Virus record (IMG/VR): IMGVR_UViG_3300012041_000029 | Coordinates: 1-46,003 of that record | Strand: one strand, 5' to 3' | Origin: a virus | Lineage: Duplodnaviria; Caudoviricetes | Length of the DNA: 46,003 bases | Shown: positions 1 to 8,483 of the stretch, one piece after another | Position numbering within the stretch: position 1 is the first letter of the stretch | Layout: each line of letters opens with the position of its first letter | Program-made: the position numbers and the translations under genes | The notes under the pieces: generated by a model | The model's database searches: none | Told to the model about the DNA's origin: nothing | What the model saw: the letters and a program-made list of their open reading frames with translations, nothing else

Positions 1-7
1 ACGCGGT

Positions 8-451
8 TTGGTTTTAGAGGGAACGATCCCTTACAAGGCCAATGATCGGGTCATAGCCTGGACTGACGGTCTTCGAAAACAAGTGACCGAGGAAACCACA
101 AAATATCGTATCCGGTCATACCAGTCGTTGATGATGGCGGGTAATCCGGTTGAAGCGCTGGTCAAGCAGTCAGTTATGAAGGCCGGTGCGGTTGCTGTTT
201 CGGCAGCGCTTCCGGCGTCATTCATGGATCTTGATCTGAAGAATTCGATTGTGACCGAGGGCGCTGACAATGATGGAATGCACGCTTATCACGCGATTGC
301 TATCGTTGGTTGGCGTGACGTTCCAAATGTTGGCCCATGTTGGCAAATTGCGAACTCCTGGGGTGATTCCTGGGGCGCTCAAGGTTTCGCGTTGTGGCCG
401 ATCAAAGACTTTGCGAAACGCTGTCAATCAGCCTGGACATTCGGCGTGTGA
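8..451 (+). CDS. Papain-like cysteine peptidase (C1 family), C-terminal part; probably starts upstream of the window
   Basis: HAIAIVGW (catalytic His) and WQIANSWGDSWGAQGF (catalytic Asn, NSWG motif). The catalytic Cys region is not in the window. Confidence 0.85.
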   Translation: MVLEGTIPYKANDRVIAWTDGLRKQVTEETTKYRIRSYQSLMMAGNPVEALVKQSVMKAGAVAVSAALPASFMDLDLKNSIVTEGADNDGMHAYHAIAIVGWRDVPNVGPCWQIANSWGDSWGAQGFALWPIKDFAKRCQSAWTFGV

Positions 452-486
452 AAATGTCGAATACTCGGGTTCATTAAGGAAGAAAC

Positions 487-771
487 ATGAGATTAGACGA
501 ATTCTACACGGCTGTGGCTGTGAAGAATGGTCTGTCGTTTGCGCAGGCACGGAAGATCGTTCGTTCAGCGTTGGATGAATTGGTCTCCGTGGCTTGTCGC
601 GAGGATCGGCTAATTATCCCCGGGTTTGGGACGATTTCATCACGGGTTCAGAAATCACGGACGGTTCGGCATTTGCGGACAGGTCAGGAGATTACGACAC
701 GCGAGAAACGTGTGCCGAAACTGAAATTCGCCGAGTCAGTACGTGAAAAGGTGGCGGGCGATGTCATCTAA
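487..771 (+). CDS. HU/IHF-family DNA-binding protein
   Basis: 94 aa with IPGFGT, RTVRHLRTGQEI and PKLKFAESVRE, the HU/IHF arm pattern. SD TAAGGA upstream. Confidence 0.85.
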   Translation: MRLDEFYTAVAVKNGLSFAQARKIVRSALDELVSVACREDRLIIPGFGTISSRVQKSRTVRHLRTGQEITTREKRVPKLKFAESVREKVAGDVI

Positions 772-988
772 ACCAGGCCATACGTGTGCCGCTGTCGGTT
801 GCCGTGTGATTGTGCCGACTAGTTGGCTAATGTGTAGGATACATTGGTATTCCCTGCCGAAAGAAATGCGGGACCGTGTATGGGCAACGTATCAGGATGG
901 TCAGGAAAGCGAAGGCGGACCAACACCGACTGACGAATACTTTGCCATTGTTAAAGCGTGTATCACATACTTATATCCCAGCGCATAA
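761..988 (+). CDS. Small Cys/His (Zn-finger-like) phage protein
   Basis: C-x4-C...C-x2-HW pattern (HTCAAVGC...MCRIHW). The ATG at 761 overlaps the end of HU. Confidence 0.6.
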   Translation: MSSKPGHTCAAVGCRVIVPTSWLMCRIHWYSLPKEMRDRVWATYQDGQESEGGPTPTDEYFAIVKACITYLYPSA

Positions 989-1017
989 GGCGTTGCGGTT
1001 CAATTCCAAGAAAACTC

Positions 1018-1054
1018 TTGACTAAGTCATGTAATGTCGTTATTATAGTGTACA
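1018..1054 (+). promoter_or_regulatory. Conserved phage promoter copy 1 (sigma70-like)
   Basis: TTGACT-17 nt-TATTAT-agTGTACA; the motif recurs 7 times in the window. Confidence 0.8.
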
Positions 1055-1306
1055 TCAGGTCAGAATCGGAGGTCTGTATGTCTGTTGCTCTACGGTAACG
1101 TTTGTCGTGCTGGGGGTGATAGTACGGCGACACTTATTTAACTGAGCCGTGACCCACATAGAGTTCAGGGTTAAGGCACGTAGCGGGTCGATAACCGACC
1201 AGCGGGCTCTGCCCGGTTGAAGTGGTGGTCACTATAAAACCACGAGCGACCCTGCGCAGTGGGCAATGCAATCATAGATCTGTTGGGTTCGACCCATCAA
1301 AGGAGC
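1055..1306 (+). ncRNA. Candidate structured leader/ncRNA with a 6-codon uORF
   Basis: About 250 nt without a long ORF downstream of the promoter. Several hairpins (GGTCG/CGACC, GTGGT/ACCAC, TGCCC/GGGCA, TGGG-TTCGA-CCCA). GGAGG precedes ATG 1078 (MSVALR*). Confidence 0.4.
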
Positions 1307-1310
1307 GGAT

Positions 1311-1523
1311 GTGACACGCGAACAGGCACTCGTAATTCGAAGCATGAATCGTTATTGGGAAGAGGTGGCAAAACGCGACGGGGACACACGTGAGATCCTG
1401 GGTAGTGAATTAAGTGTCGTAATTCGCGAGCTCGGGATAATTGCGGTTTTGAAAATTATTGCCGAAGAAGCAAGCCGGGTTGCTCAGGGCGCTGGCTATG
1501 GGGCGAAGGATAGTGCGCCATGA
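1311..1523 (+). CDS. Hypothetical protein, paralog of 1520..1756
   Basis: SD AAGGAG; aligns with the next ORF (MTxEQ..IRS..RYW.EV..R..D.R....EL). Confidence 0.65.
   Translation: MTREQALVIRSMNRYWEEVAKRDGDTREILGSELSVVIRELGIIAVLKIIAEEASRVAQGAGYGAKDSAP
1470..1483. repeat. Dispersed 14-bp pseudo-palindrome GCAAGCCGGGTTGC, copy 1 of 9
   Basis: Other copies at 3501, 10223, 13543, 19067 and 30989 (+), at 34843 and 44871 (reverse complement), and at 21782 (1 mismatch). Confidence 0.85.
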
Positions 1524-1756
1524 CCACGGAACAACTGAAAGCGATCCGCAGCAAAAAGCGTTACTGGGTTGAGGTTTCGGAGCGTAAGGATGATTCACGC
1601 GGCAAATCGCGGGGGGAATTGATTGACATCGTCGGGGCGTTTGGCGAGTTCACTGTGTTGGAACTGATCGCGGCGGGGGCGAATCACCTGATTGAACTGG
1701 ACAACCAGCGTTTGGCGCTGGAAATGCATAAGGCAAAACAAGGACAATTGCGATGA
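1520..1756 (+). CDS. Hypothetical protein, paralog of 1311..1523
   Basis: ATGA overlap; similarity to the upstream ORF. Confidence 0.65.
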   Translation: MTTEQLKAIRSKKRYWVEVSERKDDSRGKSRGELIDIVGAFGEFTVLELIAAGANHLIELDNQRLALEMHKAKQGQLR

Positions 1757-1968
1757 CCAAGGACAAAAAATACGGCGACATCACGACGGCTGAACGCGAA
1801 TTCATCCTGAAATGGGCGGACGAAAACCGCGATAAAGTCACCCGTGCCGGGGTGATCTGTTTCTGTCGAGACAAACACTTTTCCAACAGATCGGACAAGG
1901 ATGCTGAAAAGGCGTTCAAAGAGAAAGTCGCGGAGGTTTATCCGCTGTTGTTTCCAGAGAAGATATGA
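1753..1968 (+). CDS. Hypothetical protein
   Basis: ATGA-coupled within the operon; SD AAGGA. Confidence 0.55.
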   Translation: MTKDKKYGDITTAEREFILKWADENRDKVTRAGVICFCRDKHFSNRSDKDAEKAFKEKVAEVYPLLFPEKI

Positions 1969-2321
1969 ACCAATCGGACGGTGATGCTGATTTCTGGCAG
2001 GCATTGCGTGACCAAGCTAGAGCAAAGCGGGCGCGTAATGTTGAATCGTCCACACGGGCGTTGACGTTGCTGAAAATTCCGTGGTCATGGGCTGACCGTG
2101 ATTCGAATCACATTCTGATTGAGGCTGATAGTGCCGTGTTCGACTTCTGGCCGTCAACAGGTTCATGGACTATACGCGGATCGAATGAGTTTCGGCGTGG
2201 TATTAAGACGTTGGTTCAGCATTTGCGGGATAATTCGGTGACATTCGACAACAAATTACCAATGGCGCACCTGTCAAAATGGACTGTGATACTGGCGGAG
2301 CAAACGCATGAAAGTGATTAG
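1965..2321 (+). CDS. Hypothetical phage protein (DFWPSTGxW motif)
   Basis: ATGA-coupled; DFWPxTG motif typical of small phage proteins. Confidence 0.6.
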   Translation: MNQSDGDADFWQALRDQARAKRARNVESSTRALTLLKIPWSWADRDSNHILIEADSAVFDFWPSTGSWTIRGSNEFRRGIKTLVQHLRDNSVTFDNKLPMAHLSKWTVILAEQTHESD

Positions 2322-2805
2322 CATTAAACAACCGTGGGCTGAACTGATTGTCGCTGGTGTAAAACGAATTGAAAACAGAACGTGGCTTCCGTCCCGGGAT
2401 AAGTTGGCCCCAGGTGAGGTGATCGCTATTCATTCTAGCAAACAGGAAGATATTGGTGCGTGGTCGCACATTCACAAAATGGTTGATCAGGATAAGATGC
2501 CCAGTACGTCTGCACCACTAGGGTGTATTGTAGGATTAGCGGTGTATTGCGGGGTTGACAATACGACAATCGGCAACGATCCGTTTGCGGTGGGTCCGCA
2601 GTGCTGGAGATTGGAATTGGGGTGTCGAACGAAACCATACACCATCAGGGGACGACTGGGCATTTGGGAGATTGATAATCAGGTAGCATATCAAATCAGG
2701 TGTGACGCTGACACATCAAAGCAATTAGGATGGCATGTCGGCGTATTGGGGCGCGATCTGATTTTGAGTGAACCACTGTTGAGTTCGTTTGGGGTGTCGT
2801 TGTGA
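2308..2805 (+). CDS. ASCH-domain protein
   Basis: ISIKQPWAELIVAGVKRIENRTW (GxKxxExR), IAIHSS, GCIVG, RGRLGIW. Confidence 0.9.
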   Translation: MKVISIKQPWAELIVAGVKRIENRTWLPSRDKLAPGEVIAIHSSKQEDIGAWSHIHKMVDQDKMPSTSAPLGCIVGLAVYCGVDNTTIGNDPFAVGPQCWRLELGCRTKPYTIRGRLGIWEIDNQVAYQIRCDADTSKQLGWHVGVLGRDLILSEPLLSSFGVSL

Positions 2806-3032
2806 ACAGACAAATAGTATTGTGGTATCGCGATAAAGCAGGTACCGAGATTTGTGTGACCAATTGCCGCGAGGTCAGCGGGGCGCGGCACGTTGACATG
2901 ATTGAAAAGTCGAAATTTGGGTATGTCCTGATTGATCAAAGTGGTTCTGTTCAGGGGTTGCTCGGGGTTGTGGCGCGGGCAAAACTGACTCGTCAACCGC
3001 AGTGGATCGGTGATAAGGCGGTCAAATCATGA
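2802..3032 (+). CDS. Hypothetical protein
   Basis: GTGA/ATGA overlaps on both sides. Confidence 0.5.
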   Translation: MNRQIVLWYRDKAGTEICVTNCREVSGARHVDMIEKSKFGYVLIDQSGSVQGLLGVVARAKLTRQPQWIGDKAVKS

Positions 3033-3487
3033 ATACTGATGTCAAAGCATTGAAAGGGTTGCCGCCCGACATCGTGGCTGCGTTTGCTGATTGGTTGCGA
3101 TATAGTGCGGTCAATCAATTGTTCGAACTGGTGCGTTTATTTGGCGAGAAATCGCCACATTCGCCGATGGGAACGATTGTTGATCATGCGTTCCCATGTT
3201 CAGCGTGCCATTTGACCTTGTGGGGACGTGTCGAAATGCGTAGGGGAGATGGGTCTAATACTGGTCGTCACGATATTCTTGATGCTCATTTCATCGTGTC
3301 GTGCGCTACCAAGTCGGATGTGGGTGTCTGCAATCCTGAATATGAGCAAATTAGTGATAGCGGATTGAGTGTGTACATTGGCGACGAAACAGTGAATAAT
3401 GTTGAGCTTTTGCGCATGGAACTGGGTCGTCTGGTTGCGTACACAGCGGAACGAATTCATCCGAAACAAAATGTGGCGGTATTCTAA
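3029..3487 (+). CDS. Hypothetical protein
   Basis: Translationally coupled, 152 aa. Confidence 0.55.
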   Translation: MNTDVKALKGLPPDIVAAFADWLRYSAVNQLFELVRLFGEKSPHSPMGTIVDHAFPCSACHLTLWGRVEMRRGDGSNTGRHDILDAHFIVSCATKSDVGVCNPEYEQISDSGLSVYIGDETVNNVELLRMELGRLVAYTAERIHPKQNVAVF

Positions 3488-4080
3488 TGGGTGAGAATAC
3501 GCAAGCCGGGTTGCAAATTGGGTTCGGTACGGTACGGCATGAAATCCCGATCATGGACGGTCTGATGTCGTTGTCGTGGGGGTCGATCAGTCAGCACCGT
3601 GTCACAGAAGAGCATGACCTGATTGTCAAAGCCAAGAATATGCGGCGGCAGATCCGTTTCGCGTTGCGCAATGACACTACGTTGAGCGGCGATGATGTAG
3701 ACGATCTGCAAGAGGAAATTCTCGGGTTGACGCATATCGCGAATGAATGGCTAGAACCTGAGTTAGGTAGCACACATTTTGAGTGTATGGTGGGATCGGG
3801 GGTTAAAGTGGTTTCGAGTGTACCCTGCTCAATGATCTGTCTGTCCGGTGTGATTCAATTGTGTGTGCGGGGGTTTTCGCGGGACAAAGAAGTCATGCAT
3901 AACCACATAAACGTTCTATCGGGCGGTTATGTGCGGTTTATGACACCGGCACCCGATACGTCGCGGTGTGTCATTTTGACAGCGTATAGTCCTGACGTAA
4001 CGTTGGCGGCTGTTTCTAAGGTTGACGTCAGATTTGAGGGTGACGTAACAGATCATAATTTAGGAGAAATGCACGGATGA
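3487..4080 (+). CDS. Hypothetical protein
   Basis: TAATG coupling, 197 aa. Confidence 0.55.
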   Translation: MGENTQAGLQIGFGTVRHEIPIMDGLMSLSWGSISQHRVTEEHDLIVKAKNMRRQIRFALRNDTTLSGDDVDDLQEEILGLTHIANEWLEPELGSTHFECMVGSGVKVVSSVPCSMICLSGVIQLCVRGFSRDKEVMHNHINVLSGGYVRFMTPAPDTSRCVILTAYSPDVTLAAVSKVDVRFEGDVTDHNLGEMHG

Positions 4081-4556
4081 GCCCAGAATTTGAAATGAAT
4101 CTGAAACGTGAATTAGAACATGATGCGCAACGGCGGGCCGAGCTGTTGGGGGTGGGCAGGCTTCATCCTGATTCAGCTCGATTGATGGGGCGAATCTGGA
4201 TTTTCCACGTTGTTCGGGCGGTAAAGTGGATGGGGGGTGGTGCCAACAATATGCGCTGGGTTGTCGTGGAAAACATTTACGCTGACAATTCAGAATCTTG
4301 CGAGTTTCAGTCGATTACGCGGGATGTGTCTATTGCAGAGCACAGAAGAGGCGAGGTCTCACTAGTGTTGATGGATGATGTTGCGTGCCATCATATCATG
4401 GCCAGCAAAACCGAGGACAGCAAAATCAGTCATTTTGACATCATGGAACGAGCGGCGTCAATGGTTGCGAAATGGTATGACGCTAAGACGGCGACTACGC
4501 CGGAATGGTCGGGAGTGATTGACATATCACGATTAGGGAAGGGCAGCGATGAATGA
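4077..4556 (+). CDS. Hypothetical protein
   Basis: SD AGGAG, ATGA overlap. Confidence 0.55.
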   Translation: MSPEFEMNLKRELEHDAQRRAELLGVGRLHPDSARLMGRIWIFHVVRAVKWMGGGANNMRWVVVENIYADNSESCEFQSITRDVSIAEHRRGEVSLVLMDDVACHHIMASKTEDSKISHFDIMERAASMVAKWYDAKTATTPEWSGVIDISRLGKGSDE

Positions 4557-5199
4557 AACGGCGGCAGCGGTTGGGCATGCCACTGAATGGCAAATGCACT
4601 ATTTACTACGAAAAGGGGCGAACCCACCTGATGGGCTGACGCAAAAGGATGCTGAGGTGGCTATTGAGCGCATGATTGCGCGTGAGCATTTCATTGAACA
4701 ATCTGAGATTGTATGTTCAGCATTGCTGAACAGCTTGACCAACAATAACGATAATTCAATTGGTGATTTAATGCAGGTTGTGGGGTGGCCATCATATCGC
4801 TTTGTGAGTGTGATTGATGGTGGGGTGTTGCGGTGCAAATTTGGGTTTCTGAGCGGTGATGGGTTCAATATTCGGATGATCGGGGTTCAACCGGGGGATA
4901 ACTCTGTTACTAACTTGCTGAATATCATAAATGTGGCGGGTTATCCTGAAAAAGTTGATTTAACCGTGATTATTGACCCTGCGGTTGACCTGTTTGACAC
5001 TGACGGTTATGTGTTGGCGCACGTCTTCGTTCAAATTCTGAATGATATGGTGTATGTCAACCGTCTGCAAATTGCGTCTGGTTTGGCTAGGGTATCTGAC
5101 CCTGCGGCAGATCATTTGGGTATTACCGCGTTGCGGTCAGCGGAGAATTATGCGCGTGAGAATGGGAAAGGTCATTGGGGAACAGGGGTGTGGAAATGA
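4549..5199 (+). CDS. Degenerate thermonuclease (SNase-fold) protein with an N-terminal extension
   Basis: VSVIDGGV, IRMIGV, DTDGYVLAHVF, VNRLQIASGLARV and AENYARENGKGHW follow the SNase pattern, but the DGDT, DTPE and GR catalytic residues are replaced. Confidence 0.65.
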   Translation: MNETAAAVGHATEWQMHYLLRKGANPPDGLTQKDAEVAIERMIAREHFIEQSEIVCSALLNSLTNNNDNSIGDLMQVVGWPSYRFVSVIDGGVLRCKFGFLSGDGFNIRMIGVQPGDNSVTNLLNIINVAGYPEKVDLTVIIDPAVDLFDTDGYVLAHVFVQILNDMVYVNRLQIASGLARVSDPAADHLGITALRSAENYARENGKGHWGTGVWK

Positions 5200-5492
5200 C
5201 CGTCATAGATTTTGGGTTATGTGAACATAAGTCGATGTCAGCAACCGTTGACTTAACCCGCTTAACAGACGTGCCGGATGGTCCGGTGACCGGATACACG
5301 GCTGATCTCCGTGTTCATTGTGAGGACTGCGGATTACCATTCCATTTCCCTGAAACAGTGCCTGTCGGTATGTCTTTGCCACAACTTGATCCGTCATTGG
5401 GAGGCACCATTATGCGATCACCAGATGGGGACGAACTTCGTATGCCGATATATCCTGGATTGATTGATCTGATCCCACGGGGAATCAACTAA
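5196..5492 (+). CDS. Hypothetical CxxC protein
   Basis: CEH...CEDC; ATGA overlap at 5196. Confidence 0.6.
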   Translation: MTVIDFGLCEHKSMSATVDLTRLTDVPDGPVTGYTADLRVHCEDCGLPFHFPETVPVGMSLPQLDPSLGGTIMRSPDGDELRMPIYPGLIDLIPRGIN

Positions 5493-5507
5493 GGTGGGCA
5501 GGCAAGA

Positions 5508-5957
5508 ATGACAGTACCATTGAATAGTGAACTCATCCCGATACAAAACACACTCCAAAAACACCCCGGGGTGCCTATCCTAGACGTATCCGACACAGAT
5601 TGGGATGATTTTGCCAACACCGGAAACATGCATGATTACTGGTTCCACTTCGATTTGCACCGTTCGGTCCACGAGCAGCAGGAATTGCTACGCAAATTGG
5701 ACATTATGCGGCAGAAATTTGGTAATGAATACCTACTTCTGCGACGTGACGGCAAGTGTCAGGCTGGGGTGGTCATTAAGCGTAGATGGGCTCGGGGTGG
5801 CGGCGATACATTAGTTGTCCGCGCTATCCTAGGTGACGGCAACGCATTTGAGGGTTCGTTGAAGGTAATGGGGGGCGCGAGCGCTCAATACGTCAGCGAC
5901 ATGGAAAAGGACTGGGCTGAATTCATGTTCCCGGGGTTCGGGGAGCGGGGAAAGTAG
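5508..5957 (+). CDS. Hypothetical protein
   Basis: 149-aa ORF in the operon. Confidence 0.55.
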   Translation: MTVPLNSELIPIQNTLQKHPGVPILDVSDTDWDDFANTGNMHDYWFHFDLHRSVHEQQELLRKLDIMRQKFGNEYLLLRRDGKCQAGVVIKRRWARGGGDTLVVRAILGDGNAFEGSLKVMGGASAQYVSDMEKDWAEFMFPGFGERGK

Positions 5958-6313
5958 TGGGTGATCATTCAAACGTCAGTCAGTTAGTGAAACCTAGCGG
6001 TGCATTGCGTGTCGTGGACCTATCACCGACACCAAAAGTCCAATGGGAATCGAGTGGGAATTATTTGCTGCTGACTATTGAGGTTGATGGTGTGTTCAAG
6101 GAATTACCGCTTCTTGGAACGATGCTCCGAATGCCTAATGGAATGGATGGGCAGATTATCTCAATCATTCAGACATGGCCTAACGTAGGGGAATCTCTGG
6201 AACCGCCGTCACGGGTTGAAATAAAGCTATTGTTTAGATCAGGTTCCGCAACGGAACAGGCGGGGAAGTGGGTTGACGGAATTCGAGAACTGATCAGCGG
6301 GGGCGGGCAATAG
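5957..6313 (+). CDS. Hypothetical protein (member 1 of a local triplet)
   Basis: TAGTG coupling; PLLGTMLRMPNGMDGQII motif. Confidence 0.55.
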   Translation: MGDHSNVSQLVKPSGALRVVDLSPTPKVQWESSGNYLLLTIEVDGVFKELPLLGTMLRMPNGMDGQIISIIQTWPNVGESLEPPSRVEIKLLFRSGSATEQAGKWVDGIRELISGGGQ

Positions 6314-6675
6314 TGGGCATTTCGCGTCAGAGTATTGGCATACCAAACAATCCAACCGCTCAAATGGGGATGAGTGCGGGGCGTAATGGCTGTATGGTCA
6401 AGGTTGGTGGGGATTTTGTGGTATGGCCTAGTGTAGGGTGGGAATTCCGATCCCCTGACGGATCGGTCGGGACCGTGATCGACGCGGGCAAACATACAAC
6501 GTATGTGACAGAAATATTGCAGAACACGGGCCGTAACTTGGAGAATCTGACGATTCCGACCGGGACAGTCCTGGTATGGTTCAACAGACTACACGACGCC
6601 CTGGCGTTCGTGTCGTTAGTCGAAAATCGGCCCGCTGACGTGGCTGAAAACAACCATCATTCAGTAGAGGTGTAA
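6313..6675 (+). CDS. Hypothetical protein (member 2 of a local triplet)
   Basis: TAGTG coupling; PSVGWEFRSPDGSVGTVI motif. Confidence 0.55.
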   Translation: MGISRQSIGIPNNPTAQMGMSAGRNGCMVKVGGDFVVWPSVGWEFRSPDGSVGTVIDAGKHTTYVTEILQNTGRNLENLTIPTGTVLVWFNRLHDALAFVSLVENRPADVAENNHHSVEV

Positions 6676-6676
6676 A

Positions 6677-7039
6677 GTGAGCGAACGTGGGCATATTGTC
6701 GTTGATGAAATTGCGATACCTAATCATGCACAATATGAAGTGTTTGAGGGTGAAATATTTGACGGTGTGATGCTGACAATTAGCGGGTTGTTCCAGTACC
6801 AACCCAACAAAGGTTGGAAATTGCACCCGGCGGATTCTAATTTGTGCGGTACTGTGGTGGGCACAACGGTGGTGTGCTCTGAGCGGTACACGATGCATGG
6901 TTCAGCAGGTGATTGCGTCAGCATAACCGTGTCGTATTGCAAAATCCGCGTCTGGTTTGATGGCTATCGGGATGGGGAATTTTCACTGAAACTAGCAATG
7001 GAGAAGGGCGGGCGGTTCAGTAATCGTGGTCGGAACTAA
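6677..7039 (+). CDS. Hypothetical protein (member 3 of a local triplet)
   Basis: SD GAGGTG; PNKGWKLHPADSNLCGTVV motif. Confidence 0.55.
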   Translation: MSERGHIVVDEIAIPNHAQYEVFEGEIFDGVMLTISGLFQYQPNKGWKLHPADSNLCGTVVGTTVVCSERYTMHGSAGDCVSITVSYCKIRVWFDGYRDGEFSLKLAMEKGGRFSNRGRN

Positions 7040-7048
7040 GGGCATTTT

Positions 7049-7585
7049 ATGACAAAAGCGCTATCTAAATCGAAGACAAACGGGCGGAATGGGGTCGGGC
7101 GGACTTCCAAACTGACTGACGAATTGCAAACGAACATTTGCAACGCATTAAGGGCCGGTGCAACCTATAAAGATGCCTGTTCATTAGTGGACGTTCACTA
7201 CTCGACTCTAGTCATTTGGCGTTCAAGAGCGGAGTCTGGGGAAAAGCGTTATATACAATTGTTCGACGCAATCCAAAAGGCGCTGTCACACTACAAAACC
7301 GCCTGTTTGTCACGAATTCAAAGTATAGCCGAGGGTGACCCGACACGGAATGAGCGTCGTCAGTGGCAAGCCTGGGCTTGGATTCTCGAACGCCGATTCC
7401 CTGACGAATTCGGTCGCCGATTCGACATCGACGTAAAAGGCGATGCGGCGAATGTCGTCGTGCAGGTTGGCGGCAATGAAACCGATTACGATCACAACAT
7501 TCAGATTCGACGTGGTGACGTGCGTGGGATTTTCGCCAAATATGGCCTGACCGAGATCATTCCTGATCTATCATCCGGCGCTTGA
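7049..7585 (+). CDS. terS: Probable terminase small subunit (HTH)
   Basis: GRTSKLT...ICNALRAGATYKDACSLVDVHYSTL (HTH) and WQAWAWILERRFPDEFGR, the pattern of TerS-like proteins usually found upstream of terL. Confidence 0.7.
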   Translation: MTKALSKSKTNGRNGVGRTSKLTDELQTNICNALRAGATYKDACSLVDVHYSTLVIWRSRAESGEKRYIQLFDAIQKALSHYKTACLSRIQSIAEGDPTRNERRQWQAWAWILERRFPDEFGRRFDIDVKGDAANVVVQVGGNETDYDHNIQIRRGDVRGIFAKYGLTEIIPDLSSGA

Positions 7586-7618
7586 CTAATTGGCGGACTG
7601 TTGTTATTATTGTGTACA
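7582..7618 (+). promoter_or_regulatory. Conserved phage promoter copy 2
   Basis: TTGACT-17-TATTAT-tgTGTACA. Confidence 0.8.
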
Positions 7619-7622
7619 AAAT

Positions 7623-7854
7623 GGATCAAAAATTGATCCATTGGTTTGGGATGGGTCAAAAATTGATCCATGCATGGATCAAAAATTGATCCTTCTGACA
7701 GAAAGGATCAAAAATTGATCCTTTTATGGGTCAAAAATTGATCCTTCGGCCAAAATGGATCAAAAATTGATCCATTAAAGGATCAAAAATTGATCCTTTA
7801 ACCTGGATGGGTCAAAAATTGATCCATTGATCAGGAAGGGTCAAAAATTGATCC
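7623..7854. repeat. Array of nine 17-bp palindromes GG(A/G)TCAAAAATTGATCC
   Basis: Copies start at 7623, 7653, 7676, 7705, 7728, 7757, 7780, 7809 and 7838. Spacers are 13, 6, 12, 6, 12, 6, 12 and 12 nt. The array contains 15 GATC sites. Confidence 0.95.
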
Positions 7855-7867
7855 AAAAGGGAACTGT

Positions 7868-8293
7868 ATGCCGACAATTGCGACGCAATATTATGGGAAC
7901 CCGGCTAATCCAAGTTCTGGAAAGGTTGAGCCGGAGGTACTTGTTGTTATCGGTGACAACAGTCGTCCTTTGTACAGACGTGATGATCTGGATAACTTGA
8001 GATACCACCAATATGCGTGGGGTTCCGAAGAACACAACGATGGTGCGTGTATATTGGCGATTGCGCTGTTGGCGGATGCGGTCGATGACAAAATTGCGCT
8101 TGAGCAGTGGTATCAGTTCCGAACGTCGGTTCTGTTGAATATTCCGGCTGACGAACCGTGGGTCATGACTCAGGACCAGATCGTTGATTGGTGTCTGGGC
8201 AATCTTGATGCGTTCAAAACCGACGCGGCTGCTGATCAGGTGGATGGTGAAATCATTGAGGACACCTTCGGGGCGACCCCAGAGGAGGCGTAA
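7868..8293 (+). CDS. DUF6166-like protein
   Basis: PLYRRDDL...YAWG...LAIALLADA...ALEQWYQF...WVMTQDQIVDW resembles DUF6166. Confidence 0.6.
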   Translation: MPTIATQYYGNPANPSSGKVEPEVLVVIGDNSRPLYRRDDLDNLRYHQYAWGSEEHNDGACILAIALLADAVDDKIALEQWYQFRTSVLLNIPADEPWVMTQDQIVDWCLGNLDAFKTDAAADQVDGEIIEDTFGATPEEA

Positions 8294-8483
8294 CGTGTGT
8301 CGTCTGATCTATGCTGTTTGGAATTGTGTGACATATCCAGGGCGAATGGTTCTGCGAGTCATGAACCCGTGTTGGTGGTTGCGGCGGTTTAATGTGGCGA
8401 TGACGCCAATCTATGACACGTTGAAGGCGGAATTTTACGGATGGGCGACGGAACAGATCAAAAAGCGTTTCAGGAAGTGACCA

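Noticed and set aside
7623-7854. CRISPR array interpretation of the palindromic repeat
   Set aside because: Repeats are 17 bp and spacers only 6-13 nt, too short for guides. No cas gene is recognisable in the window.
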